From contig JAVLKG010000001.1 in the NCBI GenBank assembly GCA_032128875.1, positions 384,001 through 448,000 of the forward strand: 64,000 bases of DNA. Reading direction: 5' to 3'. The notes beneath the pieces are model-generated. The model did no database searches. It saw only the letters and a list, made by a program, of their open reading frames with translations, and was not told the origin of the DNA. Of the stretch, positions 29,474 to 39,933 are shown one piece after another. The DNA is from Candidatus Melainabacteria bacterium 17Bon1m. GTDB taxonomy: Bacteria > Cyanobacteriota > Vampirovibrionia > Obscuribacterales > Obscuribacteraceae. The position numbers and the translations under genes were made by a program. Numbering within the stretch: the stretch's first letter is position 1; each line of letters begins with the position of its first letter.

Positions 29474-30292
29474 CTATTTCGCTTCTTTGGGCAAGGTCAG
29501 CAAGTATGAGCGAATATCATCGGCTTCTTTGTCTGAAAGACCGGTTGCTTGTTTTTTCATGACTGGGGAAGAAACCACCCCTTTCAATATTTTTTGTATG
29601 TCATTTTCACTTAATCGCGAACCTAAGCCGGCAAGGTCTGGTCCAAAGCGATCTTTCGTCCCATCAAGCGAGTGGCAGGCCGCGCAACCCAAACCGAAAA
29701 ATAACTCTTTGCCTCTTTGCGATGCTGCACTTGGTGCGCTCGCTTTCCAATCTTTTGAAAGTACATGCTGAACCTTCTCGACTTTGTGGTGAGATACGGA
29801 AAAACCACCTTTAGGTTCGGCAAGCGTCAGAAGATAGTCGGCTATCTGTTCTGCCTGAGCGTTGGTCAGCCCGGGGTGGGGCATGATGTTGCTTCTTTCT
29901 TTTAGGATTGTTGGAAAGGATTTGTAAACTCTATCGGGATCACTGAGATGAGCTACCAGCCACGTCCTGCCTCTGTAGGCTCCGATTCCGTCCAAAGGTG
30001 GTCCTAATTCACCTCCAATTCCTGCCACCGCATGGCACTGCATGCAATCAAGCTGCTTGTATATAAGCAAACCGTTACGACTGCTGCTATTTGCTTTTTT
30101 GGGTTTGTATCCTGTTGCCGGAAAGTTGTAGCGCTTGATAGTGCCGGCGCACTGATCATCTTCACTTTGAGCGTCACTTATCGGTTTTATCGCGTTAGGA
30201 AAACCGGGCAGTGCATGAGCGTGGTCATTGCATAGAGTTGCGATTGCGATTGCAACCAAAGAGGTCAAAATTCGCACAAATGGCTGCTTCAT
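29474..30292 (-). CDS. Exported di-haem c-type cytochrome
   Basis: Probable start MKQPFVR (30292) with a signal peptide ending AHA; CMQCH and CAACH, GPPL/GPDL, distal Met motifs. Confidence 0.85.
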   Translation of the reverse strand: MKQPFVRILTSLVAIAIATLCNDHAHALPGFPNAIKPISDAQSEDDQCAGTIKRYNFPATGYKPKKANSSSRNGLLIYKQLDCMQCHAVAGIGGELGPPLDGIGAYRGRTWLVAHLSDPDRVYKSFPTILKERSNIMPHPGLTNAQAEQIADYLLTLAEPKGGFSVSHHKVEKVQHVLSKDWKASAPSAASQRGKELFFGLGCAACHSLDGTKDRFGPDLAGLGSRLSENDIQKILKGVVSSPVMKKQATGLSDKEADDIRSYLLTLPKEAK

Positions 30293-30312
30293 TACTTCCC
30301 TCGCTTGCTCGA

Positions 30313-32559
30313 TCAGTTTGTAGACTGAGTTTCCGTCCCAACAGCTTTGCGCAAATGCAGCGCTCCACGCAGGACAAGAAGAACCAGGGGCAGAATTCCG
30401 CCCACCACAAATGTCATATCTCCGATTACACGCAACCAAGTAAACATCTGGAACTGGCTGGAATGAATGAAGTCATAGCTGCGGGCAAACCAGAAGCCGT
30501 TTGTGTAACTTGCAAGCATTTGAATGACGCCTGCCGGAAAGATGTTCAGCAAGAGCATCAGCATCAAGCCAATATTCAAGCTCCAAAAGGAAATCGCGCA
30601 GAGTTTGTTGCTCCATGCGTCTTCCGTCATTAGATAGCGCGTGCAGAAAAGTACGGCGGCGACTGCGAGCATGCCGTAAACACCCATGAGTGCTGCGTGC
30701 CCGTGATTGGATGTCAGATATGTTGCGTGCTCATAATAACTGACAATCGGTGTATTAATGAGGAAGCCGAAGACACCGGCACCCAGGAAATTCCAGAATC
30801 CAACGGCAATGAGAAACATCATCGCCCAATAGTGCGAGAAGTTTTTGATAGATCCCTCGACCTTTGCAAGATGCACAAATTTCCATGCTTCCATGGTCAG
30901 CAATGTGAGCGGAACCACCTCAAGGGCAGAGAACATCGAGCCGAGCGCCATGTTGATCGCCGGTTGGGCGGTCCAGTAGTAGTGGTGCCCGATCCCGATG
31001 ATTCCACTGCCTAGATAGAGAATGATGTCGACATAAATTACTGACAGCGCAGATCGTTCGGACACCATACCAAGGCTGCAGAAGAAGTACGCAACGATGA
31101 TTGTCGTGTACAACTCGAAAATACCTTCTACCCAGAGGTGTACGACCCACCAGCGCCAGAAATCTGCAACCGCGAAATTGGTACCCGGGTGATACATGAG
31201 CCCAAAGGAGAAGAAAAGCGGGATTGCCATAACGCCGTACAAAAGCATATACGGCAGACTGCCCTTGTCTTTTCCTTTGAGCAGAGGGCTGATGCTGCGG
31301 AAAACAATCACAGCCCAAAGCACCATGCCGATTGTGAGCAGTATTTGCCAGAATCTTCCTAGTTCTAAATACTCCCATCCCTGGTGCCCAAACCAAAACC
31401 ATAAATTGCCGAGCATGTTTTTGATGCCCATCCACTCACCACCGATACTGCCGACGGCAACAATCAGAATGGCGATAAAAAGTACTTTTACGAGCCAGTG
31501 TTGACCTGCTGGTTCATTTTTTGATAGCAGTGGTGCCATAAACATACCTGCCGCCAGCCAAGCGGTTGCAATCCAAAAAATGGAGAGTTGCAAGTGCCAG
31601 CTGCGCGTGATGCTGTAAGGCAAAAGGTCTCGAATATCAAATCCATATAGTCCGCCCGCTTCGACGATATAGTGAGCGGTGACAACTCCAAATGCCGTTT
31701 GAAAGAGAAAGAGCAGAACAACGACGATGAAGTATGGATAAATTGAAGTTTGAGAGCGAAACGGCTTAAACGATTTCACGTTATCTATAAGCGTGGTACC
31801 GTCTGGAGCCCAGCCTAGATTGGGAAACGCACTCATAAGAAATTGAGTCAAACCTATGCCGCCGACCAGCATGATCAAACTCATTGCACTCCAGAGAAAA
31901 ATTTGCCAATTTGGTGCGTTGCCAACAAGTTCTTCCGGCGGCCAATTATTCGTGAAGGTGAAGTCTTTTCCCGGACGATTGGTAGAGCATGCCCAAGCTG
32001 ACCAGGCAAAAAAGCGCGTCAACTGCAGCCTTTCATTCTCGTCTTGTATGTAATTGGCTGGAAGTGGGAGCTTGCTGTCAGTTGTAAATTCTGAATCGAA
32101 GTGTTTGATATTGGCTTTGTACGCTTCAACTTGATTCTCGCTGAAAGTAAGATTTTTACTTTGTTGATCGTAGCGATTTTGTTTGAGTTCGGTGGCCAGC
32201 CCACTTTTCAAATCGCCTTGTTCTGCTGCAGACAGTTTTGAATAAGCTTTGCCAAAGCGCTTTAGAGACTCCTTTTCTAATGCCGTTTCTGCTTCAAGGT
32301 GCAAGTATTCCGCAGAAAAATCCGGACCGTTGTATGCCCCATGTCCAAACACTGAGCCAACGTCCATCAGTCCATACTTCTGAAAAACACCTTGTCCTGC
32401 AAGTATGTCTTCTCCTGTGAAAAGCGTTGCTCCGCTTTGGTCTACCACTCTTTCCGGAATCGGAGGAGCCTGTGTGCTGGTTTCGTGACCCATGAATATC
32501 AGTGTCGAAAAACCAAGAATCAAAACGAGCAATACGCTCAGTTTCCATCTCCAAGACAT
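30313..32559 (-). CDS. norB: Quinol-dependent nitric oxide reductase (qNor)
   Basis: GSVFGHGAY, FTNNWP, WHLQLSIFWI, WRWWVVHLWVEGIFE, GHHYYW, NHGHAALMGVYG, WLRVIGD. Alternative start at 32583. Confidence 0.95.
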   Translation of the reverse strand: MSWRWKLSVLLVLILGFSTLIFMGHETSTQAPPIPERVVDQSGATLFTGEDILAGQGVFQKYGLMDVGSVFGHGAYNGPDFSAEYLHLEAETALEKESLKRFGKAYSKLSAAEQGDLKSGLATELKQNRYDQQSKNLTFSENQVEAYKANIKHFDSEFTTDSKLPLPANYIQDENERLQLTRFFAWSAWACSTNRPGKDFTFTNNWPPEELVGNAPNWQIFLWSAMSLIMLVGGIGLTQFLMSAFPNLGWAPDGTTLIDNVKSFKPFRSQTSIYPYFIVVVLLFLFQTAFGVVTAHYIVEAGGLYGFDIRDLLPYSITRSWHLQLSIFWIATAWLAAGMFMAPLLSKNEPAGQHWLVKVLFIAILIVAVGSIGGEWMGIKNMLGNLWFWFGHQGWEYLELGRFWQILLTIGMVLWAVIVFRSISPLLKGKDKGSLPYMLLYGVMAIPLFFSFGLMYHPGTNFAVADFWRWWVVHLWVEGIFELYTTIIVAYFFCSLGMVSERSALSVIYVDIILYLGSGIIGIGHHYYWTAQPAINMALGSMFSALEVVPLTLLTMEAWKFVHLAKVEGSIKNFSHYWAMMFLIAVGFWNFLGAGVFGFLINTPIVSYYEHATYLTSNHGHAALMGVYGMLAVAAVLFCTRYLMTEDAWSNKLCAISFWSLNIGLMLMLLLNIFPAGVIQMLASYTNGFWFARSYDFIHSSQFQMFTWLRVIGDMTFVVGGILPLVLLVLRGALHLRKAVGTETQSTN

Positions 32560-32743
32560 GCAATTCTCCCCGCTCTTTAGCATTCGCGAATTTAGGACAA
32601 AAGGCTCCGAATAGATGTTAGCAAGGAAAGCTGCTCTCTAACTTTCTGACTGTGGAATAACTCAGAGACTTCGTATAATTAAGGTAAGAATTGTGGATGT
32701 TTGTGTCTGCAAGACTTGTTTGAAAAATACGCATTGCAAATCA

Positions 32744-32779
32744 AAATTGATAGGCGACGGAAGAGCCGCCTATCAATTT
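32744..32779 (-). terminator. Hairpin downstream of the globin gene
   Basis: aaattgataggcg-N10-cgcctatcaattt. Confidence 0.55.
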
Positions 32780-32830
32780 CTCCTTCACTCGTTTTGCGAC
32801 GAGAGTCGCTCTACGAGCTAAATCATTGTT

Positions 32831-33361
32831 CTAACGTGCTGATTTCGCTACTGCGCCTTCTAAGACCCAAGGCCGCGGATCGTTTTTCTTGAATCCGTTC
32901 GGCTCGAATCCAGCTGCAGTAAGTTCTGCCTGGAATTTCTCGGGATTGTCTGCAGCTTCAATCATAATGTCGCTAACTGTTTTCATCGCCGCTTCCCAGG
33001 TGGCGCGCATTTCATCTGTCCACTCACCTTCTTTGCTGAGATGCTCCGCAAGAACAGCTACTAGATTTTCAGCCACTGCGCCATAGTGCGCATTCTCAGT
33101 CTTGTACTTCAGGTGGCGGATTCCCATTGCGTGCAAGAACGGCAAAAGCATGTCTGGTTTTTCAACCGCCGCCACTATCGACGCAATAGATGCAAGTAAT
33201 TTCTTGTGCTGTTCTTCTGGCGGTGTTGAAAACAGTGGACGAACGCTTGGATATTTCTCGAATAAGCGTGAATAGAAGCTCATTCCCAATGCGGTAGCAC
33301 CACCATTTTCCACTTTTGCACGCTCGAAAGTTTCGCGCAGCAATGCGACGTTAAGCGACAT
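32831..33361 (-). CDS. Single-domain globin (flavohaemoglobin/Vitreoscilla-like 3/3 fold, no reductase domain)
   Basis: FYSRLFEKYPSVRPLF, QHKKL, MGIRHLKY (proximal His), HYGAV, WTDEMRATW. Confidence 0.9.
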   Translation of the reverse strand: MSLNVALLRETFERAKVENGGATALGMSFYSRLFEKYPSVRPLFSTPPEEQHKKLLASIASIVAAVEKPDMLLPFLHAMGIRHLKYKTENAHYGAVAENLVAVLAEHLSKEGEWTDEMRATWEAAMKTVSDIMIEAADNPEKFQAELTAAGFEPNGFKKNDPRPWVLEGAVAKSAR

Positions 33362-33401
33362 TGAATTTGACTCCTTCTAAATTTTTTAAACCCGCTAAGA
33401 C

Positions 33402-33818
33402 CTACGATGCTTTCGCCAGAGGGAATTCGGATTCCATTCCCGCTTCTTCCGCCATTTTTTCGCCGATGCCCGCATTTTCTGCTTCGAGCTGTGGCTCAGC
33501 TGGTGTTTCAAACTGCTCTGCATCTTCAACAAGATCAGCGCCTTCTTCCAGTCTTCCGTTGATGACAACGTCGAACAATCCGAAGACAAGCAATCCAGCA
33601 CTAGCTCCGACCGCTGCACCAGCGGCGATGGCATTGATCAATGTTGGAACTATCATCGAATCTTTCAATAAGATGGCCGTTAAGTAGCCACCAATTACGG
33701 TTCCTGCAATGATTGAGACCACAAATCCCTTCAACACTGGCTTTTCCGTTGATATTGCAAACGGTGGAGTAAACTTGTTCATTTTTCCGTTCATATAAAG
33801 TTGAGCAAACATGGTCAT
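33402..33818 (-). CDS. Small two-TM membrane protein with acidic tail
   Basis: RBS GAGGGG, two hydrophobic Gly/Ala-rich helices, co-oriented just upstream of the globin. Confidence 0.65.
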   Translation of the reverse strand: MTMFAQLYMNGKMNKFTPPFAISTEKPVLKGFVVSIIAGTVIGGYLTAILLKDSMIVPTLINAIAAGAAVGASAGLLVFGLFDVVINGRLEEGADLVEDAEQFETPAEPQLEAENAGIGEKMAEEAGMESEFPLAKAS

Positions 33819-34116
33819 TACCCCTCGAATTCCTTGAGCCGGCTATGAATCTCGAATCACTTAGAGCATGCCGTGGCTCAACAGTAAGATGGTCGCACCA
33901 GTGCGGTTCGCCCCCATCGTTCTCAAGGTTGAGTGTGCGAGCGCTGATCGCTGCCGCCGAGGTAAAGCCGCCACTGGCGGAGGCTTTCGTGCTTTCGTAA
34001 AGTCATCAATAGTCCTTTAGTATGAGTGCCGGATTTTCAGTAACAATAGATTGATGACAGTCCTAGGAACGATATAAACGGTCCGGTGAAAGAACATACT
34101 GAAAAGGTATTGCCTC

Positions 34117-36951
34117 ATGAGGTCCGTTATGTCGAAGGGACTCGCCGACCCAGTCTTTCACGCCGACAGTATTGCCGCAAACTCTAGTGAAAAGCAGATG
34201 CCGAACATTGAAAATGCCGAAGAAAGTGCTGAACCAGGTGCCGGCTCTATCATTCCGGCTTTGCCCGACAAGCCGTTCTTGCTTTCGATCGAGCGAGCAT
34301 CTTTATTGCCTGCACAACAAGTTGCTGCTCGTCTTGAGACTGACGTAGCGCTCGGTTTGAGCCTAGATGAAGCCGCAAGCCGGTTAGAAAGGTTTGGCAC
34401 CAATGAGCTTGGCAAAAGGGTTCAAATCAATCCTATTCATCTATTCTTCAATCAATTTATTTCTACAGTCGTGGCATTGCTTCTCGTCGCGGCAGGCGTT
34501 TCTGAATTTGCCGGTGAGCACATGCAAGCGGCCGGTATTGCCATTGCAGTCTTAATTAATGCTATTGTCGGTTTTATCACTGAGTACAAAGCCGCTGTGT
34601 CTCTGGCTGCGCTGGAAAAGCTCTCCGGTCCCGTAGCGCGTGTGCGTCGAGGCGGGCAAGATTTCGAAGTTCCAGCGGCCGAGATTGTTCCTGGCGATAT
34701 TTTGATCATGGAAGAGGGATCTCGTGTGCCCGCGGACGTCCGGCTGGTCACTTCCTCTTCGCTCAGCCTGGACGAATCGATGCTCTCCGGCGAGAGTATT
34801 CCGGTCTACAAATCTAGCGAATTAGGCGATTCGACCGAGCAAGTTACAGTCGCCTATCAAGGTACTCTGATTCTGAAAGGTCGTGCGAAAGGTGTCGTCG
34901 TCGCCACCGGTAGCAATACCAAATTAGGTCAGCTTGGACATTCACTCACCGAAATTCGCACAAAGTCCACGCCACTTCAAGACGACCTGGAGAAACTTGG
35001 CCGCCAGTTGAGTTTGTTCACCGTCGTGATTTGCGCTGTGTTGTTTGGCTTGGGTTTGCTCCATGGCGAAAAATTGTGGGAAATGGTGCAAGTTTCAATC
35101 GCACTGGCCGTTGCTGCAATCCCCGAGGGGTTGCCTGTAGTTGCGACGCTCGCATTGGCTTCCGGCACCAATCGCATGGTTAAACTTGGAGCGTTGATTA
35201 GAAAGTTGAGTGCGGTAGAAACCCTCGGTTGCACGGAGATAATCTGCACCGACAAGACAGGAACACTTACTCAAAATCAAATGACGGTCACGGATATTGT
35301 TCTTGATGGACGTGAAATAAATGTGTCCGGATTGGGATACACACCTGAGGGTGATTTCCACGAAAACAATTGCGTGGTGCTGGAAGAGGAAAGGTCGTTC
35401 TTAAAACCACTTTTGACTGCGGCCGTTCTTTGCAATGATGCAAAACTTGAGATGCATGAGGACTCCAAGTGGCATATTCACGGAGATCCTACCGAAGGGG
35501 CGCTGCTTACTGTCGGGCTTAAGGCCGGCATTGAGCAGAAGAGCCAGCGAGATGAGTTGCCACGGCAGCATGAGTTTCCGTTCGAGCTCAGCCGTAAGCG
35601 CATGACCACGATTCACCAATCGCAAGGAGGCGATTTCCTTGCTTACACCAAGGGCGCGCCGGAAACTGTGCTGTCTTTGTGCAAAAACTATTTAAGCGCG
35701 GATGGTGTGGCGCAACTCGATGAAACACGCAGAAACTGGTTTCTCGAAAAGAATCTAGAACTGGCGAGTAAGGGACTGCGAGTTCTGGGATTGGCGGCAA
35801 GAGATCTGGCGGGTAAGAAAGTTTCAGCGCACTCCGATGCTGAAACAGATATGACATTTTTAGGGCTGATTGGGATGGCTGATCGTCCAAAAGAAGGTGT
35901 TCTCGAAGCAATCGAAGAATGCAAGCGTGCCGGCATCAAAGTAGTGATGGTAACTGGAGACCATCCCGCAACAGCCGTTTCAATAGCGCGCGACTTGAAT
36001 ATCGTGCCATTTTGTTCTACGGAGGCTGCTCATAAGGTAGTAGTCGGCAGCGAGCTTGAACAGTTAGGCGCGAGCGAAATTGGCGCACGCCTGGCCGATT
36101 GTAGCGTCCTTGCACGTGTTCAGCCGGAGGCAAAGCTTTCCATTGTTCGTGCGTTGCAGTCCAGTGGAAAAGTCGTCGCTATGACAGGTGATGGTATCAA
36201 CGACGCACCCGCGTTACAGCAGTCCGATATCGGCGTCGCGATGGGGAAATCGGGTACTTCCCTTGCGCGCGAAGCCTCCGATATGGTCATTACCGACGAT
36301 AATTTCAGCACAATTGTCCATGCAATCGAGCAGGGTCGTGTCATTTATGCCAATATATCTTGCGCCGTTGCCTATCTACTTACTGCCAGCCTGGCGTCTG
36401 TTCTTACCGTGGCGGCTGCTGTTGTTTTCGATACGGGGCTGCCCCTGTCACCACTTCAATTGTTGTGGTTGAACCTGATTATGCATATCTTTCCTGGACT
36501 TGGTCTTGTTCTGCAGCGTGGTCGTCCAGGCATCATGCGGGAAGCACCTCGCGGAAGAAAGCAATCTCTTCTCGGAAAGAGAGAGTATACGCATATAGTG
36601 TTGCGCTCGCTGGTTGTTTCTCTTTTGACTATTTTTGCTGCACAAAACGTACAAGGGCAATCGCTGGAATATGTAAGAACGGTTGTTTTGGCGACGATTT
36701 CGATTGCACTACTTCTGCAAGCTTGGTCTTGGTTGGCATTCAAGCGTAACGCGGATGATTGGTCATATCTAAGCAGCGTTGCAATGTACATCAACACGGC
36801 CCTGGGTATCGCTTTGCTTTTGTTGGCGGTTCTTTTCCCTCCGATGCAAGCAATCCTTGGTACGGTTTGCTTGAGCAACGCACACTGGGGAATGGTTATT
36901 CTCTTTGCACTCTTCGGCTACTTGCTCACTTCTATCATTCAGGATTATTAG
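34117..36951 (+). CDS. Cation-transporting P-type ATPase (type II, CtpF/PacL-like)
   Basis: SGES, IPEGLP, DKTGTLT, KGAPE, TGDH, TGDGINDAPAL, QLLWLNL. Confidence 0.95.
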   Translation: MRSVMSKGLADPVFHADSIAANSSEKQMPNIENAEESAEPGAGSIIPALPDKPFLLSIERASLLPAQQVAARLETDVALGLSLDEAASRLERFGTNELGKRVQINPIHLFFNQFISTVVALLLVAAGVSEFAGEHMQAAGIAIAVLINAIVGFITEYKAAVSLAALEKLSGPVARVRRGGQDFEVPAAEIVPGDILIMEEGSRVPADVRLVTSSSLSLDESMLSGESIPVYKSSELGDSTEQVTVAYQGTLILKGRAKGVVVATGSNTKLGQLGHSLTEIRTKSTPLQDDLEKLGRQLSLFTVVICAVLFGLGLLHGEKLWEMVQVSIALAVAAIPEGLPVVATLALASGTNRMVKLGALIRKLSAVETLGCTEIICTDKTGTLTQNQMTVTDIVLDGREINVSGLGYTPEGDFHENNCVVLEEERSFLKPLLTAAVLCNDAKLEMHEDSKWHIHGDPTEGALLTVGLKAGIEQKSQRDELPRQHEFPFELSRKRMTTIHQSQGGDFLAYTKGAPETVLSLCKNYLSADGVAQLDETRRNWFLEKNLELASKGLRVLGLAARDLAGKKVSAHSDAETDMTFLGLIGMADRPKEGVLEAIEECKRAGIKVVMVTGDHPATAVSIARDLNIVPFCSTEAAHKVVVGSELEQLGASEIGARLADCSVLARVQPEAKLSIVRALQSSGKVVAMTGDGINDAPALQQSDIGVAMGKSGTSLAREASDMVITDDNFSTIVHAIEQGRVIYANISCAVAYLLTASLASVLTVAAAVVFDTGLPLSPLQLLWLNLIMHIFPGLGLVLQRGRPGIMREAPRGRKQSLLGKREYTHIVLRSLVVSLLTIFAAQNVQGQSLEYVRTVVLATISIALLLQAWSWLAFKRNADDWSYLSSVAMYINTALGIALLLLAVLFPPMQAILGTVCLSNAHWGMVILFALFGYLLTSIIQDY

Positions 36952-37061
36952 TGAGCACTGTTCGGAAGAATGACTCTGGAATAGTTCAGCAGAATGATAA
37001 TTGAATGTCTGATCGCAGTCACAATTGTAGAATTCAAATTCATTAGCACTTGAGGTTGGAT

Positions 37062-37514
37062 ATGAAAGTACTAATTGCGCAAGACGAATCAGAATGCTCG
37101 AAGACCGCTCTTGAGTCGGTGTTGAACAGAACCTGGCCGGAGAATTCGCAATTCCGACTTGTAAATGTCCATGAGCCGATTCATGGCTACGACCCAGTGA
37201 TTTACACTCCTCATTCCATAGTGTCGCTGAAAGAGGCGGACAAAGAGATTTACGCCGCCAAGGAAGCACAGCTCAAAAAGAGTCTCGAGCTTCTGAAAAC
37301 AAAGTTCAATGATTGTGAAGTCTGTGGAGAGGTTTTAACCGGGCATCCGAAAGACCGCATTATTGAAGACGCTGAAGGTTGGGGGGCGGATCTTATTGTT
37401 GTTGGTACACATAGCAGAAAGGGATTTGCCCGCGCTTTCCTTGGTAGTGTCGCTTCTGAGGTGGCAAGCCAAGCAGATTGCTCGGTAGAGATTGTAAGAG
37501 AGAGAAAACACTAA
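37062..37514 (+). CDS. Universal stress protein
   Basis: MKVLIAQD...ADLIVVGTHSRKG...LGSVASEV. Confidence 0.92.
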   Translation: MKVLIAQDESECSKTALESVLNRTWPENSQFRLVNVHEPIHGYDPVIYTPHSIVSLKEADKEIYAAKEAQLKKSLELLKTKFNDCEVCGEVLTGHPKDRIIEDAEGWGADLIVVGTHSRKGFARAFLGSVASEVASQADCSVEIVRERKH

Positions 37515-37531
37515 GCGAATCGAGAGAACAA

Positions 37532-37948
37532 ATGACACACCGAACACAAGTTACATTCAAGAACATGAAACATTCGCCTGCAATCGAAGACATGGCCAGG
37601 CAGCATAGCGACAAGCTCAGCAAATACTACGACGGCATTCAGAGCTGTCGAGTAACTATCGAGATACCACATCAGAAGCACGAAAAGGGCAATGTCTTTC
37701 AGGTGCGGATTGATATGACTGTACCTAAGGCTGAACTTGTTGTTGAGACTAAAGCAACCAACAGCCCTGAGTATGAAAAAATCGAAGTCGCGCTTAATGA
37801 CTCATTCGACATGGCAAAACGCCGACTTGAAGACTATTCTCGCAAGCGGCGCGGCATGGTGAAGAAACATGCTGAACACGGCAACAAGGATGAAGAGTCC
37901 GAGATCCGCGCAATTGAAAGAGAACAGATGGAAGAGTTTATGAGGTAG
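37532..37948 (+). CDS. HPF/RaiA-family ribosome-associated protein
   Basis: QVTFKNMKHSPAIE, SCRVTIE, FQVRIDMTVP, ALNDSFDMAKRRLEDY. Confidence 0.85.
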   Translation: MTHRTQVTFKNMKHSPAIEDMARQHSDKLSKYYDGIQSCRVTIEIPHQKHEKGNVFQVRIDMTVPKAELVVETKATNSPEYEKIEVALNDSFDMAKRRLEDYSRKRRGMVKKHAEHGNKDEESEIRAIEREQMEEFMR

Positions 37949-38263
37949 AGAAGATAGAGAGTGTTGAGAAAGATCTGGATTACAGGCAAGGAGAAGAGTT
38001 GGATAGTGTTGCCACCCCCGCGAAGTCTGGCTCTACTGAAAGACCGCAATAGTCCTTTGGAGCGATGCGCGAGCTTAAACGACGTAGCGACGCTATCTGG
38101 ATTGTCGACAAATTAGTCCGAAAAAACGATGGACGATTAGCTGGGTGGTGGAAAAATACAGATACGACGCAGGTTCTCCAGTGAGAGCGACCAGGGATGG
38201 TTACTGCCGAGGGCGGCACCGGCCCTGCGAACAATTTACATAACTCGGATGTGGAGCGGAGAA

Positions 38264-38773
38264 ATGAAAATACTTGTTGCTATTGATGACGATTCCCTCT
38301 GTGGCACAGTGATTGATTTTGTCGCCAGGGTATTTTCTCATCACGCCACTATCGTAAAGCTTCTCCATGTAGTCCAGCCGTCGCCGGTAGTTGACACTGC
38401 GACTTCGCTTTGCGGACATGGAGAAAATCATCAAATACTGGAGCAGAGAGTTCAACAGGCTTCGGCATTCTTAAAGACGCTGCAAAAAGATTTGCGCTCA
38501 AAAATGCTACCGTCTGAGCCCGTTGAAGTTTCTGTCTTATTGGGTACTCCTCATCGCGTCATTCTTGATTGTGCCGAAGAGTTCGGTGCCGACCTTATTG
38601 TGATCGGTTCTCATGGTCATGGAGACCTGTCGCGACTGAAGATTAACAGCGTCTCCTATGCAGTTCTCTCCCACGCCGATTGTGCTGTTACCATAGTTAA
38701 AGCGCAGCAGGTGTTTCAAAACGAAGATGCAACCGAAACCTCATTACCGAAGTCAGCCCGGCTACTAGCTTAG
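38264..38773 (+). CDS. Universal stress protein
   Basis: MKILVAID...ADLIVIGSHGHG...SVSYAVLSHADCAV. Confidence 0.9.
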   Translation: MKILVAIDDDSLCGTVIDFVARVFSHHATIVKLLHVVQPSPVVDTATSLCGHGENHQILEQRVQQASAFLKTLQKDLRSKMLPSEPVEVSVLLGTPHRVILDCAEEFGADLIVIGSHGHGDLSRLKINSVSYAVLSHADCAVTIVKAQQVFQNEDATETSLPKSARLLA

Positions 38774-38786
38774 AACTCATCGCAGA

Positions 38787-39335
38787 ATGCAGCTTGAAAT
38801 GACAAAACTGAAGACCTCCCACTATCGTGTGTTGGAAACTTTGCGCGACGGACGTGAGGTGGAGATTAGGTCGATTGTTCCTCAAGACAAAAAGGTTCTT
38901 GCTGAAGGAATGCATCACCTCAGCCCGACTTCTTTGTATTACAGATTCCTCACTCCCAAAAGGGAGCTGACCGAGAAAGAGCTTTCCTACTTCACAGAAG
39001 TGGATTTCTTGCACCATGTTGCGCTCCTTGCTGCCGTAGAGCAAGATGGCAGTTATCTGCCTGCAGGAGTTGGTCGTTATGTGATGTCTAATTCTGCCGA
39101 TTCAACATGCGCCGAACTTGCTTTTGCTGTGAGCGAGGAATTTCAAGGATTGGGCATTGCTACATTGCTTTTGAAGCATCTCACTTTGATAGCCAGGGAA
39201 AATGGTCTCAAGGCATTTTCTGCGCTCGTCCTGGCGGATAACAGGAAGATGTTAGAAGTTTTCAAAAACTGCAACTTGGAAATGACCACAAAAGCGAACA
39301 ATGCAGGTGTATTAGAAATAAGACTGGAAATCTGA
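38787..39335 (+). CDS. GNAT N-acetyltransferase (resembles the GNAT domain of Pat-type protein acetyltransferases)
   Basis: LSPTSLYYRF, AELAFAVSEEFQGLGIATLLL, VLADNRKMLEVF. Confidence 0.88.
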   Translation: MQLEMTKLKTSHYRVLETLRDGREVEIRSIVPQDKKVLAEGMHHLSPTSLYYRFLTPKRELTEKELSYFTEVDFLHHVALLAAVEQDGSYLPAGVGRYVMSNSADSTCAELAFAVSEEFQGLGIATLLLKHLTLIARENGLKAFSALVLADNRKMLEVFKNCNLEMTTKANNAGVLEIRLEI

Positions 39336-39427
39336 TACCGAAGGATGAAATCTAATCATCCGCAAAGATCATGCACTTAATTTTGTTGCGCTGCACAATG
39401 GTCACTGAAGCGCACATGTATTGAGGA

Positions 39428-39901
39428 ATGGTCATGATTACCAGGATTTTGATACCGGTTGAAGATCTTCTTTTCGAAGAAGAGATAAGAGAGTTTTTGG
39501 TGCAGCTAAGCACATTGGCAATCAAGCTGAAAGTTTTGCATGTCATCGATGCGAATGAAGTTGTGCTCCAATGGCCCAGCGCAGAATACGAACGTGAATC
39601 GGTAGCTCTCGTGCGCACAATATGCGAGAACCTGAAGAACTATTTTCCTGGTGTAGATGTAGTCTCTTCAGTCCGCGAAGGTATCGTTAAAGAAGAGATT
39701 GCAAAAGAAGCTGAATCCTTTCAAGCCGATTTGATCCTGATGGGTTCGCATGGAAGAAAAGGCTTAGGGAAGTTTCTTTTGGGAAGTACCGCCAAGGACG
39801 TAATACCTCTCTCGCCTTGCTCAGTGGTACTATTGCGAACCAAGAAATCTGGTGTTAAGAAAACTAAGGTGGCAGAAGCATCAACGGCTCACCAAGACTG
39901 A
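39428..39901 (+). CDS. Universal stress protein
   Basis: RILIPVE...ADLILMGSHGRKGLGKFLLGS...PCSV. Confidence 0.9.
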   Translation: MVMITRILIPVEDLLFEEEIREFLVQLSTLAIKLKVLHVIDANEVVLQWPSAEYERESVALVRTICENLKNYFPGVDVVSSVREGIVKEEIAKEAESFQADLILMGSHGRKGLGKFLLGSTAKDVIPLSPCSVVLLRTKKSGVKKTKVAEASTAHQD

Positions 39902-39933
39902 AGGTCCGCTGTTCACCGAATTGCTAAGAAAGA

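Noticed and set aside
30313-32559. NO dismutase (Nod)
   Set aside because: The active-site HLWVEG, HH and HGH motifs and the quinol-site His and Asp look canonical for qNor.
32744-32779. FNR box (TTGAT...ATCAA)
   Set aside because: The half-sites are far more than 4 bp apart and form the arms of a hairpin downstream of the globin gene.
33840-34000. Riboswitch or ncRNA upstream of the membrane protein/globin genes
   Set aside because: A GC hairpin exists near 33964-33987, but there is no recognisable family consensus.
37950-38260. Small gene between HPF and USP
   Set aside because: Only short ORFs without a convincing RBS or recognisable motif.
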